Origin: a virus
Taxonomy: Duplodnaviria > Caudoviricetes
Length of the DNA: 24,594 nucleotides
IMG/VR virus record: IMGVR_UViG_3300036770_003163
Span: 1-24,594 of that record
Direction: 5' to 3' (one strand)
Under the pieces are notes generated by a model. That model ran no database searches. It saw only the letters and a program-made list of their open reading frames with translations, and had not been told where the DNA came from. Position numbers and translations under genes: made by a program. Every line of letters starts with the position of its first letter. Position 1 is the first letter of the stretch. Positions 17,288 to 24,594 of this stretch are shown here, one piece after another.

Positions 17288-18874
17288 ATGGAAGAATATA
17301 CAATAAACGCCAGAATTGATGACGAGATTAAAAAAGACGATATCTTTGCAAAATCAGACCCATTCAACAATAATTGGGACACGCTAAAAAGTTTAGACGG
17401 CTTAGATGCAAACTTTAAAAGAAGAACTAGCAGACTTTCTACAAAAATGGTTCAACCAACTCCACAATATACAACCGCAGCACTGGCTGGAAAAAGCGGT
17501 ATTGATGGAGCACAATCAAAAGAAATAAACCCAGGCCTAGTATATGTAAACGGCTATGGAATGTTTGACGTAATTACACCACCATGGAACCTTTATGAAT
17601 TAGCAAACTACTACGATACATCGTTTGCAAACCACGCAGCAATTGATGCTAAGGTAGAAAACATTGTTGGGCTTGGTTATGAATTTAAGGTTTCTCCAAG
17701 AACAATGATGAGGCTTGAATCATCTGAAGACAATAGCGCAACACAAAAAGCAAGAAAAAGAATTGAACGGGCAAAGATTGAAATGCGTGACTGGCTTGAA
17801 TCATTAAACGATGATGATTCATTTACAGCAACAATGGAAAAAGTTTATACAGATCTTCAGTCAACTGGAAACGGATACCTAGAAATAGGAAGAACGACTC
17901 GTGGAGAGATTGGATATGTTGGTCACATTCCAGCAACAACCATGAGAGTAAGAAGACTAAAGGATGGATATGTTCAGATTATTGGAAATAAGATTGTCTA
18001 CTTCCGTAATTTTGGAGCAAAGAATCCAAACCCACTAACAACAGATTCTAGGCCAAATGAGATTATTCACTTTAAGCAATACTCTCCGCTAAATACATTT
18101 TACGGTGTTCCAGATATTATGTCAGCAATCAATTCACTTCATGGAGATTCTTTGGCATCTCAATACAACATTGATTACTTTGCAAACAAGGCAGTTCCTA
18201 GATATGTTGTAACACTAAAGGGTGCAAAACTTTCTGGGGATGCAGAAGACAAAATGTTCAGATTCTTACAAACAAATCTTAGGGGTCAATCACATAGAAC
18301 TCTATACATTCCTTTGCCAGGAGATTCAGACAATAATAAAGTTGAGTTCAAGATGGAGCCAATTGAAGACGGCATTCAAGACGGATCGTTTAAAGAATAT
18401 CGCAAGCAAAATCGTGACGACATTTTGGTAGCACACCAAGTGCCACTTTCAAAATTAGGTGGTAGTGATTCTGCATCTATTGCAGCAGCATTAGCACAGG
18501 ATCGCACATTCAAGGAGCAAGTTGCTAGACCAGCACAGAGACAGTTAGAAAAAATGATCAACAAGATTATTCGTGAAAAAACTGATATCCTTGAGTTTGT
18601 GTTTAATGAATTAACTCTTACCGATGAAATTGCACAGTCTCAAATATTGGAGAGATATGTCAAGAATCAGATCATAACCCCAAATGAGGCAAGAGTAATC
18701 TTGGATATGCCACAAAGAGAAGGTGGAGATGAGGTTCTACAACTTAAGCCAGAGGCTGCAGCAGAGGCATCAGCCAACAGGTCTAGAGACTCAGAAAGAA
18801 CAAACAATAACTCTGATAGTACATCTACTGTTGCTGGACGCAATCCAAAAGGCGAAGGAAGAAAAACTCCTTAA
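17288..18874 (+). CDS. Phage portal protein (PBSX/HK97-like)
   Basis: HAAIDAKVENIVGLGY, TGNGYLEI, HIPATTMR, NEIIHFKQYSPLNTFYGVP, DDILVAHQVP, ITPNEAR. Located before the protease and capsid genes. Confidence 0.92.
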   Translation: MEEYTINARIDDEIKKDDIFAKSDPFNNNWDTLKSLDGLDANFKRRTSRLSTKMVQPTPQYTTAALAGKSGIDGAQSKEINPGLVYVNGYGMFDVITPPWNLYELANYYDTSFANHAAIDAKVENIVGLGYEFKVSPRTMMRLESSEDNSATQKARKRIERAKIEMRDWLESLNDDDSFTATMEKVYTDLQSTGNGYLEIGRTTRGEIGYVGHIPATTMRVRRLKDGYVQIIGNKIVYFRNFGAKNPNPLTTDSRPNEIIHFKQYSPLNTFYGVPDIMSAINSLHGDSLASQYNIDYFANKAVPRYVVTLKGAKLSGDAEDKMFRFLQTNLRGQSHRTLYIPLPGDSDNNKVEFKMEPIEDGIQDGSFKEYRKQNRDDILVAHQVPLSKLGGSDSASIAAALAQDRTFKEQVARPAQRQLEKMINKIIREKTDILEFVFNELTLTDEIAQSQILERYVKNQIITPNEARVILDMPQREGGDEVLQLKPEAAAEASANRSRDSERTNNNSDSTSTVAGRNPKGEGRKTP

Positions 18875-18917
18875 TGTCCGATATGTCCAGAATGTGATAC
18901 TTGTGTAAAATGGAGGG

Positions 18918-18923
18918 TATAAT
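18918..18923 (+). promoter_or_regulatory. -10 element TATAAT upstream of the protease gene
   Basis: TATAAT is 6 nt before GTG 18930. An SD-like GGAGG at 18912-18916 would instead serve GTG 18927. Confidence 0.45.
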
Positions 18924-18926
18924 ATA

Positions 18927-20264
18927 GTGGTGACCAATATATCTAAAGCCCATTGGAACTCTGATGGGGAAAATCTTCGTCTATCAATGCCTTTTAGCAA
19001 GGTAGATAAGGAAAGACGCATCGTTTCAGGTTTTGCTTCATTAGACAATCTAGACAAGCAAAACGATATTGTTACATCAGAAGCATCTATGAAGGCTTTT
19101 GCAAAGTTTCGTGGGAATATAAGAGAAATGCATCAGCCACTTGCAGTAGGCAAGATGGTCAATTTTAAAGAAGACAAATATTTTGATCCAGACTCTAAAA
19201 AGTTTTATTCTGGAGTTTTTGTTTCCGCATATGTTTCTAAGGGTGCACAGGATACATGGGAAAAGGTTTTAGACGGTACGCTAACAGGATTTTCCATCGG
19301 TGGTCGTATGAACAAGTGGGACGATGGCTATGATGAGAAGTCTGACTCACAAATTAGAATTATCAAGGACTATGATCTAATTGAACTTAGCCTAGTAGAT
19401 TCGCCAGCAAATCAATTTGCGAACATTGTTTCGGTTGAAAAAGTTGATGGCGTAGATATTATAAAGGCAGATCCTACAGTCCTTGAAAATGTTTTTTATG
19501 ATAAAGAAAATGGAATAGTCATATCATCTGAAAATGAGTCAGAAATTAGTCCAGTTAGCGGAGAGCAAATGGAAAATATAGGGTTCGTTGAAAAAACGGA
19601 TGATGAAAAAACAACAATGATAAAATTCTTAGTCGATAGTGCTAAAGGCATTAATACTTCTAAGATGAACAAGGAGGTACAACATATGACAAAATCAAAG
19701 ACAAAAGTTGAAAAGACAGACGTAGTTGAAGATGTTGTGGTCGCTCCAGAGGCAGATGCATCAGTTGCAGAAGTTGCTGAACAAGTTGCTAAGGCGGAAG
19801 AGGTTGAAACAACCGAAGTTGTTAATACCACAGAAGCAGTAGCAGAAGAAATTACTAAGGCAGAAGATGCTGAAGCAATTGAGTCAGTAACAGAGGCAGT
19901 TGTAGAGGTATCTAAATCAGAAGAAGTAATTGCCGATGCAGTTACCGAAATGAAAAATACTCTAGAATCAGCCTTTAGCGATCTAGTGTCAACAGTAAAG
20001 GCTTTGCAGGCAGAAGTAGAACTTCTTAAGTCTACAAAAGTCGATGTTGATACTGTAAAGAATTCATTTGACGCAGTTGCAAAAGATATTGCAGCAGTAA
20101 CAAATGAATTTAATGAATTTGGAAAACGAGTAGACGCTGTGGAAGCAGACACCGCATTCCGAAAGTCTGGAGATATCGGCGATATCTTTCAGTCTCAGCC
20201 TGAAATGGTTGAAAAATCCCTATGGGGCGGTAGTTTCCTCAAAACAGCCGATCTATTCAAATGA
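18927..20264 (+). CDS. Prohead maturation protease (HK97 type) fused to an acidic scaffold domain
   Basis: SGFASLDNLDKQNDIV, REMH (catalytic His), GFSIGG (catalytic Ser), ELSLVDSPAN. C-terminal E/A/V-rich coiled-coil. Confidence 0.88.
   Translation: MVTNISKAHWNSDGENLRLSMPFSKVDKERRIVSGFASLDNLDKQNDIVTSEASMKAFAKFRGNIREMHQPLAVGKMVNFKEDKYFDPDSKKFYSGVFVSAYVSKGAQDTWEKVLDGTLTGFSIGGRMNKWDDGYDEKSDSQIRIIKDYDLIELSLVDSPANQFANIVSVEKVDGVDIIKADPTVLENVFYDKENGIVISSENESEISPVSGEQMENIGFVEKTDDEKTTMIKFLVDSAKGINTSKMNKEVQHMTKSKTKVEKTDVVEDVVVAPEADASVAEVAEQVAKAEEVETTEVVNTTEAVAEEITKAEDAEAIESVTEAVVEVSKSEEVIADAVTEMKNTLESAFSDLVSTVKALQAEVELLKSTKVDVDTVKNSFDAVAKDIAAVTNEFNEFGKRVDAVEADTAFRKSGDIGDIFQSQPEMVEKSLWGGSFLKTADLFK
19686..20264 (+). 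CDS. Nested in-frame scaffolding protein from an internal start
   Basis: Strong SD AAGGAGGT (19671-19678) lies 7 nt before in-frame ATG 19686. The product is 192 aa, acidic and helical. Confidence 0.7.
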   Translation: MTKSKTKVEKTDVVEDVVVAPEADASVAEVAEQVAKAEEVETTEVVNTTEAVAEEITKAEDAEAIESVTEAVVEVSKSEEVIADAVTEMKNTLESAFSDLVSTVKALQAEVELLKSTKVDVDTVKNSFDAVAKDIAAVTNEFNEFGKRVDAVEADTAFRKSGDIGDIFQSQPEMVEKSLWGGSFLKTADLFK

Positions 20265-20287
20265 ACAAATCACTAGGAGGTGACAAT

Positions 20288-21421
20288 ATGTCAGAAGAAA
20301 TAATCAAAAACCAACCAGGTGAGTCTGGACAACTAGGTGGAACAACACCAGGTTTGTATCAGGGTCAGGGTGCATTCGCATCAGGTGGTATTGGTGGAGT
20401 AACAAATCCAGGTGCAGATACACTTGGTAACATTCCAACAGCAACGCTAGGAACAACTAGCGGAGCAAATGCTGTTAACCCTAGTGGTTCAGCGGCTTCT
20501 GGAATTTTGCGCCCCGAGCAGGCTCGTCGTTTTATCGACTATGTTTGGGACGCTACAGTGTTAGCAAAGGATGGCCGTCGTGTAACAATGAAGGCTAACT
20601 CAATGGAACTTGAGAAGATTAACGTAGGTGAGCGTGTAATTCGTGCTGCAGCACAAGCAGTTGGTAACTACACAAACACTGGCGCTCAATTTTCTAAGGT
20701 TGAACTTACTACCAAGAAGATTCGTCTTGATTGGGAAGTAACTGCAGAATCTTTGGAAGATGGTGTCGAGGGTGATGCTCTAGAAGATCACTTGGTACGC
20801 TTGATGACCAACGCATTCGCAAATGATATCGAAGACCTCGCTATCAATGGTGATGGCTCGACAGGAGACTTCTTGTCAATCATGCCAGGCTTTATCAACA
20901 AGGTAAAGAACAATGGAGATGCACACGAGTCAGTCGTGACTGTAACAGACAATGCTTGGACACCGTCTGTAATGCAGGGCATCATCAATGCAATGCCACG
21001 TAAGTACCGTGCACTTAAGAACAATCTTAAGTTCTACGCAGGTACAGATGCATTCGGCGGAATCGTTAAGAATAACGGTACACTTGCCGATGCAGTTGCT
21101 GAGGCGTTTGCTGGACAAGTTCCAGGAAGCACTCAAGCAAACCGTCAGAACTATCTTGATGGTATCGGACAGACCTTCGGTGGAGCACGTACAACTCGTG
21201 TTCTCGGAATCGAAGTTCAGGAAGTTCCTTACTATCCAGAAGGTTATATTGATTTGACATTCCCTGCCAACCGTGTATGGGGATTCCAGAGAGATATTAC
21301 TGTAAACCGTGAGTACGTAGCAAAGAAGGACACAATTGAGTACACAGTATTCGTCCGCTTTGGCGTTCAATGGGAAGAAGAGGATGCAATTGCATTCGCT
21401 GACGCTTCTGCAGATGAGTAA
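20288..21421 (+). CDS. Major capsid protein (HK97 fold)
   Basis: SD AGGAGGTG before ATG 20288, preferred over the track's 20261. Motifs GILRPEQARRFID, LTTKKIRLDWEVTAESLED, FANDIEDLAINGD. Followed by a strong hairpin. Confidence 0.92.
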   Translation: MSEEIIKNQPGESGQLGGTTPGLYQGQGAFASGGIGGVTNPGADTLGNIPTATLGTTSGANAVNPSGSAASGILRPEQARRFIDYVWDATVLAKDGRRVTMKANSMELEKINVGERVIRAAAQAVGNYTNTGAQFSKVELTTKKIRLDWEVTAESLEDGVEGDALEDHLVRLMTNAFANDIEDLAINGDGSTGDFLSIMPGFINKVKNNGDAHESVVTVTDNAWTPSVMQGIINAMPRKYRALKNNLKFYAGTDAFGGIVKNNGTLADAVAEAFAGQVPGSTQANRQNYLDGIGQTFGGARTTRVLGIEVQEVPYYPEGYIDLTFPANRVWGFQRDITVNREYVAKKDTIEYTVFVRFGVQWEEEDAIAFADASADE

Positions 21422-21436
21422 TCTGTAAAAGTAACC

Positions 21437-21480
21437 TTAACGGGGGGCGGGAGTTCACTCTCCTGTCCCCCTTAATACTT
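21437..21480 (+). terminator. Intrinsic terminator hairpin after the capsid gene
   Basis: GGGGGGCGGGAG (21442-21453) pairs with CTCCTGTCCCCC (21460-21471): 12 bp with 2 G-U, followed by TTAATACTTT. Confidence 0.8.
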
Positions 21481-21483
21481 TAG

Positions 21484-21492
21484 TGATATAAT
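21484..21492 (+). promoter_or_regulatory. Extended -10 promoter element TGATATAAT
   Basis: Immediately after the terminator and before SD AAGGAGG and ATG 21511. Confidence 0.7.
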
Positions 21493-21510
21493 ACAAACAA
21501 GGAGGATATT

Positions 21511-21948
21511 ATGGAAAATAATGAATACAATAAGCCATTTGTAGCAGAAGATTCACCTCAGCCAGTTCTTGTAGAAACACCAGCAGAACCAGTTGCTGAG
21601 CCAGTTGCTGAGCCAGTTGCTGAACCAGTTGCTGAGCCAGTTGCTGAGCCAGTTGCTGAGCCAGTTGCTGTAGAAGAGCCAGCAGAAGAGCCAGTACAGG
21701 CATTGGGCTTTACAAAGACAGGTGCAATCGGATCAATGGCAGCAGATGGTCCAAAGAAGACTATTAAGCAGCCACATCAAGATTCAAGCAAGGTAGCAAT
21801 ACACTCAACAAAGAATGTTCGTTGGGAAGAAGTCGGAGTGCTTTACAGAGGTTACAATATCGTAACAAAAGAGCAAGCAGACAAGTGGCTAACTCGTTCA
21901 CATGTACGAATCGCAACACCCGAAGAAGTCAAAAAGGTTTTAGGGTAA
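21511..21948 (+). CDS. Hypothetical protein with (EPVA)7 repeat, head-associated position
   Basis: Strong SD. Acidic Pro-rich N-terminus and a small globular C-terminal domain. Lies between the capsid gene and the connector. Confidence 0.75.
   Translation: MENNEYNKPFVAEDSPQPVLVETPAEPVAEPVAEPVAEPVAEPVAEPVAEPVAVEEPAEEPVQALGFTKTGAIGSMAADGPKKTIKQPHQDSSKVAIHSTKNVRWEEVGVLYRGYNIVTKEQADKWLTRSHVRIATPEEVKKVLG
21586..21669 (+). repeat. 12-nt tandem repeat GARCCAGTTGCT x7 (EPVA)
   Basis: Read directly from the sequence. Confidence 0.95.
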
Positions 21949-21954
21949 TTAAGT

Positions 21955-22836
21955 ATGGAGATATTGAGAGTTCCGCCATACGCAGATATACCAGTTACTT
22001 ATACTATTCCTTCAGGAATTACTGATGAGGATGTAACAGTTTTGGTAACTGATATGGCGGATCTTTCTATATCAACACTTGAATTTGAAGAACTTTCGGC
22101 AGGAGATAATATAACAATAAATCTTCCTGGCAGATATGATTCGGAATATAGAATAGAAATAACAATTGCAGATGAAATTGTTTTTGATGATACATATGAG
22201 ACAACCAGACCATACGTAGACCCATCTACAAAAGGAAATACAGCATCAGAAATTACTGCCTATGCAGACAATGAAGGTTTGGCAAGATCAATAATTGATT
22301 CAGTTGTCGGAGAAGGTTTTTATTACAAGAAAAAGGTTTTAAATTTTACAGGTACTGGTTCAGATTATTTGCCTATATGGGATGATGTAAAAAAAGTTTT
22401 AACAGTATATGAAAATAATAAATTGGTAACAGACAGACAGTATGAAGTAACATCCGACAAAACAGCAATTGTTGAAAAATCGACAGACAATATTAATCGT
22501 GCAGAATCAGCCCCATTAGTTTTGCCAGCAGCAGCATCAGACTCTCTTGATCCACAGTTTATATATAGAGGTTTTGGAAAAACTTGGGATTACAGAATAA
22601 CTGTTGAGTATGGGTATTCTCATGTTCCATCAGACATCGTAAAAGCAACTGAAATGCTTATTCATGACATAGAGTGTGGAAAGTTAGATTATTATAAAAG
22701 ATTTATTTCTTCGTACAATACAGATCAGTATAAAATTCAATTTGACAAAGGTCTTTTCGAGGGAACGGGAAATATACTTGTAGACAAGATACTTTCAAAG
22801 TATACTAAGTCTATTACAAAACTTGGGGTGTTGTAA
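21955..22836 (+). CDS. Head-tail adaptor/connector protein
   Basis: ARSIIDSVVG, VEYGYSHVPSDIVKATEMLI and GTGNILVDKILSKY fit gp6/gp15-like connectors; position after the capsid gene agrees. Confidence 0.7.
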   Translation: MEILRVPPYADIPVTYTIPSGITDEDVTVLVTDMADLSISTLEFEELSAGDNITINLPGRYDSEYRIEITIADEIVFDDTYETTRPYVDPSTKGNTASEITAYADNEGLARSIIDSVVGEGFYYKKKVLNFTGTGSDYLPIWDDVKKVLTVYENNKLVTDRQYEVTSDKTAIVEKSTDNINRAESAPLVLPAAASDSLDPQFIYRGFGKTWDYRITVEYGYSHVPSDIVKATEMLIHDIECGKLDYYKRFISSYNTDQYKIQFDKGLFEGTGNILVDKILSKYTKSITKLGVL

Positions 22837-23285
22837 TGACAGTTTGCGAAGCCCCAGACTTCATGTTTCCGCTACAAGCATCTTTATATCATCCAATAGT
22901 TGAGCAGGGTGATTTTGGAGCAATTAAAAAACAGTGGGTGCTAGATAGAGTTTTTGCTTGTAATTTTTCATCAGGTGGTTCTGCATTTAAAGAAGAAGTA
23001 AAGCCAAATGTAAATATAACACAAAACTCAATTCTGGTCGGTAGAGTAAAGTCTGACCTTAGAATGTCTTCAAGAGATAATAAAAATTCTTTAACAAACA
23101 TATTAATAACAGACATTAAAGATCAGGAAGGTAATTTAGTATATATAGAAACATCTGGCCCAAGGTCTGGAAAAGGCACATTATTTGAAATTGCAACATA
23201 TGAGCCTTTTGTTGGACCATTTGGTAATGTAGAGTCTTTTAAATTAATTATAAGAAGATCAGAAAATCAAACGGGTGATGTATGA
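22836..23285 (+). CDS. Probable head-closure (stopper) protein
   Basis: TAATG overlap, size and position, and the GDFGAIKKQW motif. Confidence 0.55.
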   Translation: MTVCEAPDFMFPLQASLYHPIVEQGDFGAIKKQWVLDRVFACNFSSGGSAFKEEVKPNVNITQNSILVGRVKSDLRMSSRDNKNSLTNILITDIKDQEGNLVYIETSGPRSGKGTLFEIATYEPFVGPFGNVESFKLIIRRSENQTGDV

Positions 23286-23956
23286 AAGCCGTATTTAATT
23301 CTGCACAATTTAAAAAAGAAATGACAAATATTGTAGACTACTCTATGGGATTTTTGGAGGGCATACAAAGAGGCAAAACAGTATTCTTAAAAACACTAGG
23401 ACTAGAAACAGTAGAACTAATGAAAGAATTTATAGACTCAAATGCTAGAGTTAATCCAGATATGCTTCATCATATATATGAATGGAATCAAACGGGCAGC
23501 CCTAGTGCAAGACTATATGATATATCATACACAACTAGTAATTTAGGTTTATCTTTTAGATCATCTTTTAGACAGTCTACATCAATTAAAAATGGATCTC
23601 GTGTTCCCTTTTACGATAAAGCAAGAATCATGGAAGAAGGTATTCCTGTTATAATTAGACCAAGAGTTGCTCAGGCATTAGCATTTGAAGATGGTGGAGA
23701 GACAGTATTCACAAAGAGTGAAGTCAGAGTAGATAATCCTGGAGGAACAGAAGTGCAGGGTGGTTTTGAAAAAGTGTTTGATATGTTCTTTAATAGATAT
23801 TTTTCTCAGGCATTCTTGCGTGTCAGTGGCGTTGCAAGGTATCTGGAAAATCCAGAAGTATACAGAAAAGATATGAAGGCTGGTAAAAGAATGGGCAGAT
23901 CAAAAGGTATATCCACAGGATATCGTTGGATTGCTAATGCGGGAGTTGGTATTTAA
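23282..23956 (+). CDS. Probable neck/tail-completion protein (HK97 gp10-like position)
   Basis: ATGA overlap, basic protein, synteny, and the VFTKSEVRVDNPG segment. Confidence 0.5.
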   Translation: MKAVFNSAQFKKEMTNIVDYSMGFLEGIQRGKTVFLKTLGLETVELMKEFIDSNARVNPDMLHHIYEWNQTGSPSARLYDISYTTSNLGLSFRSSFRQSTSIKNGSRVPFYDKARIMEEGIPVIIRPRVAQALAFEDGGETVFTKSEVRVDNPGGTEVQGGFEKVFDMFFNRYFSQAFLRVSGVARYLENPEVYRKDMKAGKRMGRSKGISTGYRWIANAGVGI

Positions 23957-24471
23957 TGACTGCAGTAATTCATCATCCACCAACAATTATAAATAAGTAT
24001 TTGGCAGCAAAAATAGATCCAGGATTTAACTCCACTGGAACTACATATTTTTTTCCAACACTGCCAACAGACATTAATACTCTTACTCAAGAGTTTCCTA
24101 ATAGCAATGAAGTTTTTGCAGTATATGACAGAATGTTTAAAATGAGAAGGGTTCCTTTCCCATATATTAAGTGTGAGCAGTTGCTATATTATTTTTATGC
24201 AGTAGGAGAAAATGCAACATCTAAAATGGTTATAACTCAGCAGCAGGTAAATGATCTTCTAGATAATGGTGATGACTCAGCAAAAGACATAAACGACTGG
24301 GCAGCAGCAAATGATGGTCTATGGTCAGGCGAGTCTAAGCCATGCTTCTTTCATAACTTTAAGATATACCAACTAGAAGAAACAAGGGATATCGTAGACT
24401 TTGGTACAGCCAGAACCTATGCGGGGAACAAGATAATCATAGACTACGACTGGCACCCAGTAAACTCATAA
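23956..24471 (+). CDS. Probable tail terminator protein
   Basis: TAATG overlap; size and position directly before the tail tube gene. Confidence 0.5.
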   Translation: MTAVIHHPPTIINKYLAAKIDPGFNSTGTTYFFPTLPTDINTLTQEFPNSNEVFAVYDRMFKMRRVPFPYIKCEQLLYYFYAVGENATSKMVITQQQVNDLLDNGDDSAKDINDWAAANDGLWSGESKPCFFHNFKIYQLEETRDIVDFGTARTYAGNKIIIDYDWHPVNS

Positions 24472-24482
24472 TAAACGGGTTG

Positions 24483-24488
24483 TATAAT
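24483..24488 (+). promoter_or_regulatory. -10 element TATAAT upstream of the tail tube gene
   Basis: In the intergenic gap before SD GAGGTG (24525-24530). Confidence 0.5.
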
Positions 24489-24537
24489 ATAGATGAGGAA
24501 ACAAGCCCTTTTAATAAAATGAAAGAGGTGAGAATAT

Positions 24538-24594
24538 ATGGCATATAGCCGTGGTTCAAGTAGTAACATTATCGTAGGTGCAGCAGCACTTTTT
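24538..24594 (+). CDS. Probable major tail (tube) protein, 5' partial
   Basis: SD GAGGTG. MAYSRGSSSNIIVGAAALF resembles the NIxxGAG/A N-termini of siphophage tail tube proteins; synteny agrees. Confidence 0.6.
   Translation, partial: MAYSRGSSSNIIVGAAALF

Noticed and set aside
19496-20152. 218-aa minus-strand Ser/Thr-rich ORF
   Set aside because: Antisense shadow of the acidic scaffold codons, with no promoter or SD support.
904-21669. CRISPR array interpretation of the repeats
   Set aside because: All repeats are in-frame coding tandem repeats without unique spacers, and there are no cas genes.
540-23116. Other short minus-strand and out-of-frame ORFs in the track
   Set aside because: All lie within or largely overlap well-supported + strand genes and lack recognisable motifs.
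1-24594. Stop-codon recoding or tRNA/ncRNA genes
   Set aside because: Genes are full-length under the standard code with TAA, TAG and TGA all used as stops. Intergenic gaps are short (about 100 nt or less) and show no cloverleaf.

Overview
This is an AT-rich tailed-phage (Caudoviricetes) segment with every credible gene on the + strand. In order it holds: (1) tail-fibre/accessory virion genes (1-3792), including a two-fibronectin-III protein that ends in a 77-residue pure Pro/Phe repeat (PFF/PPFF) and an 8-Cys tail; (2) a tightly coupled ~7.1 kb modification operon (3851-11003) of seven prolyl-4-hydroxylase-like 2OG-Fe(II) dioxygenases, two DUF6065-like proteins and a YdfG-like short-chain dehydrogenase; (3) a class II (B12-dependent) monomeric ribonucleotide reductase; (4) a 1238-aa LamG-like virion protein; (5) a head and neck module (portal, prohead protease with a nested scaffold, major capsid protein, head-tail connectors) and the start of a probable tail tube gene. 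Extended -10 promoters (TGnTAwAmT) recur in most intergenic gaps, some placed for leaderless translation, which suggests but does not prove an actinobacterial host. The best candidate for an undescribed system is the Pro/Phe-repeat, Cys-tailed protein next to a battery of hydroxylases. It may be a phage-encoded post-translational modification system acting on a virion appendage or a RiPP-like precursor. All family assignments come from motif recognition by eye; no database searches were run.
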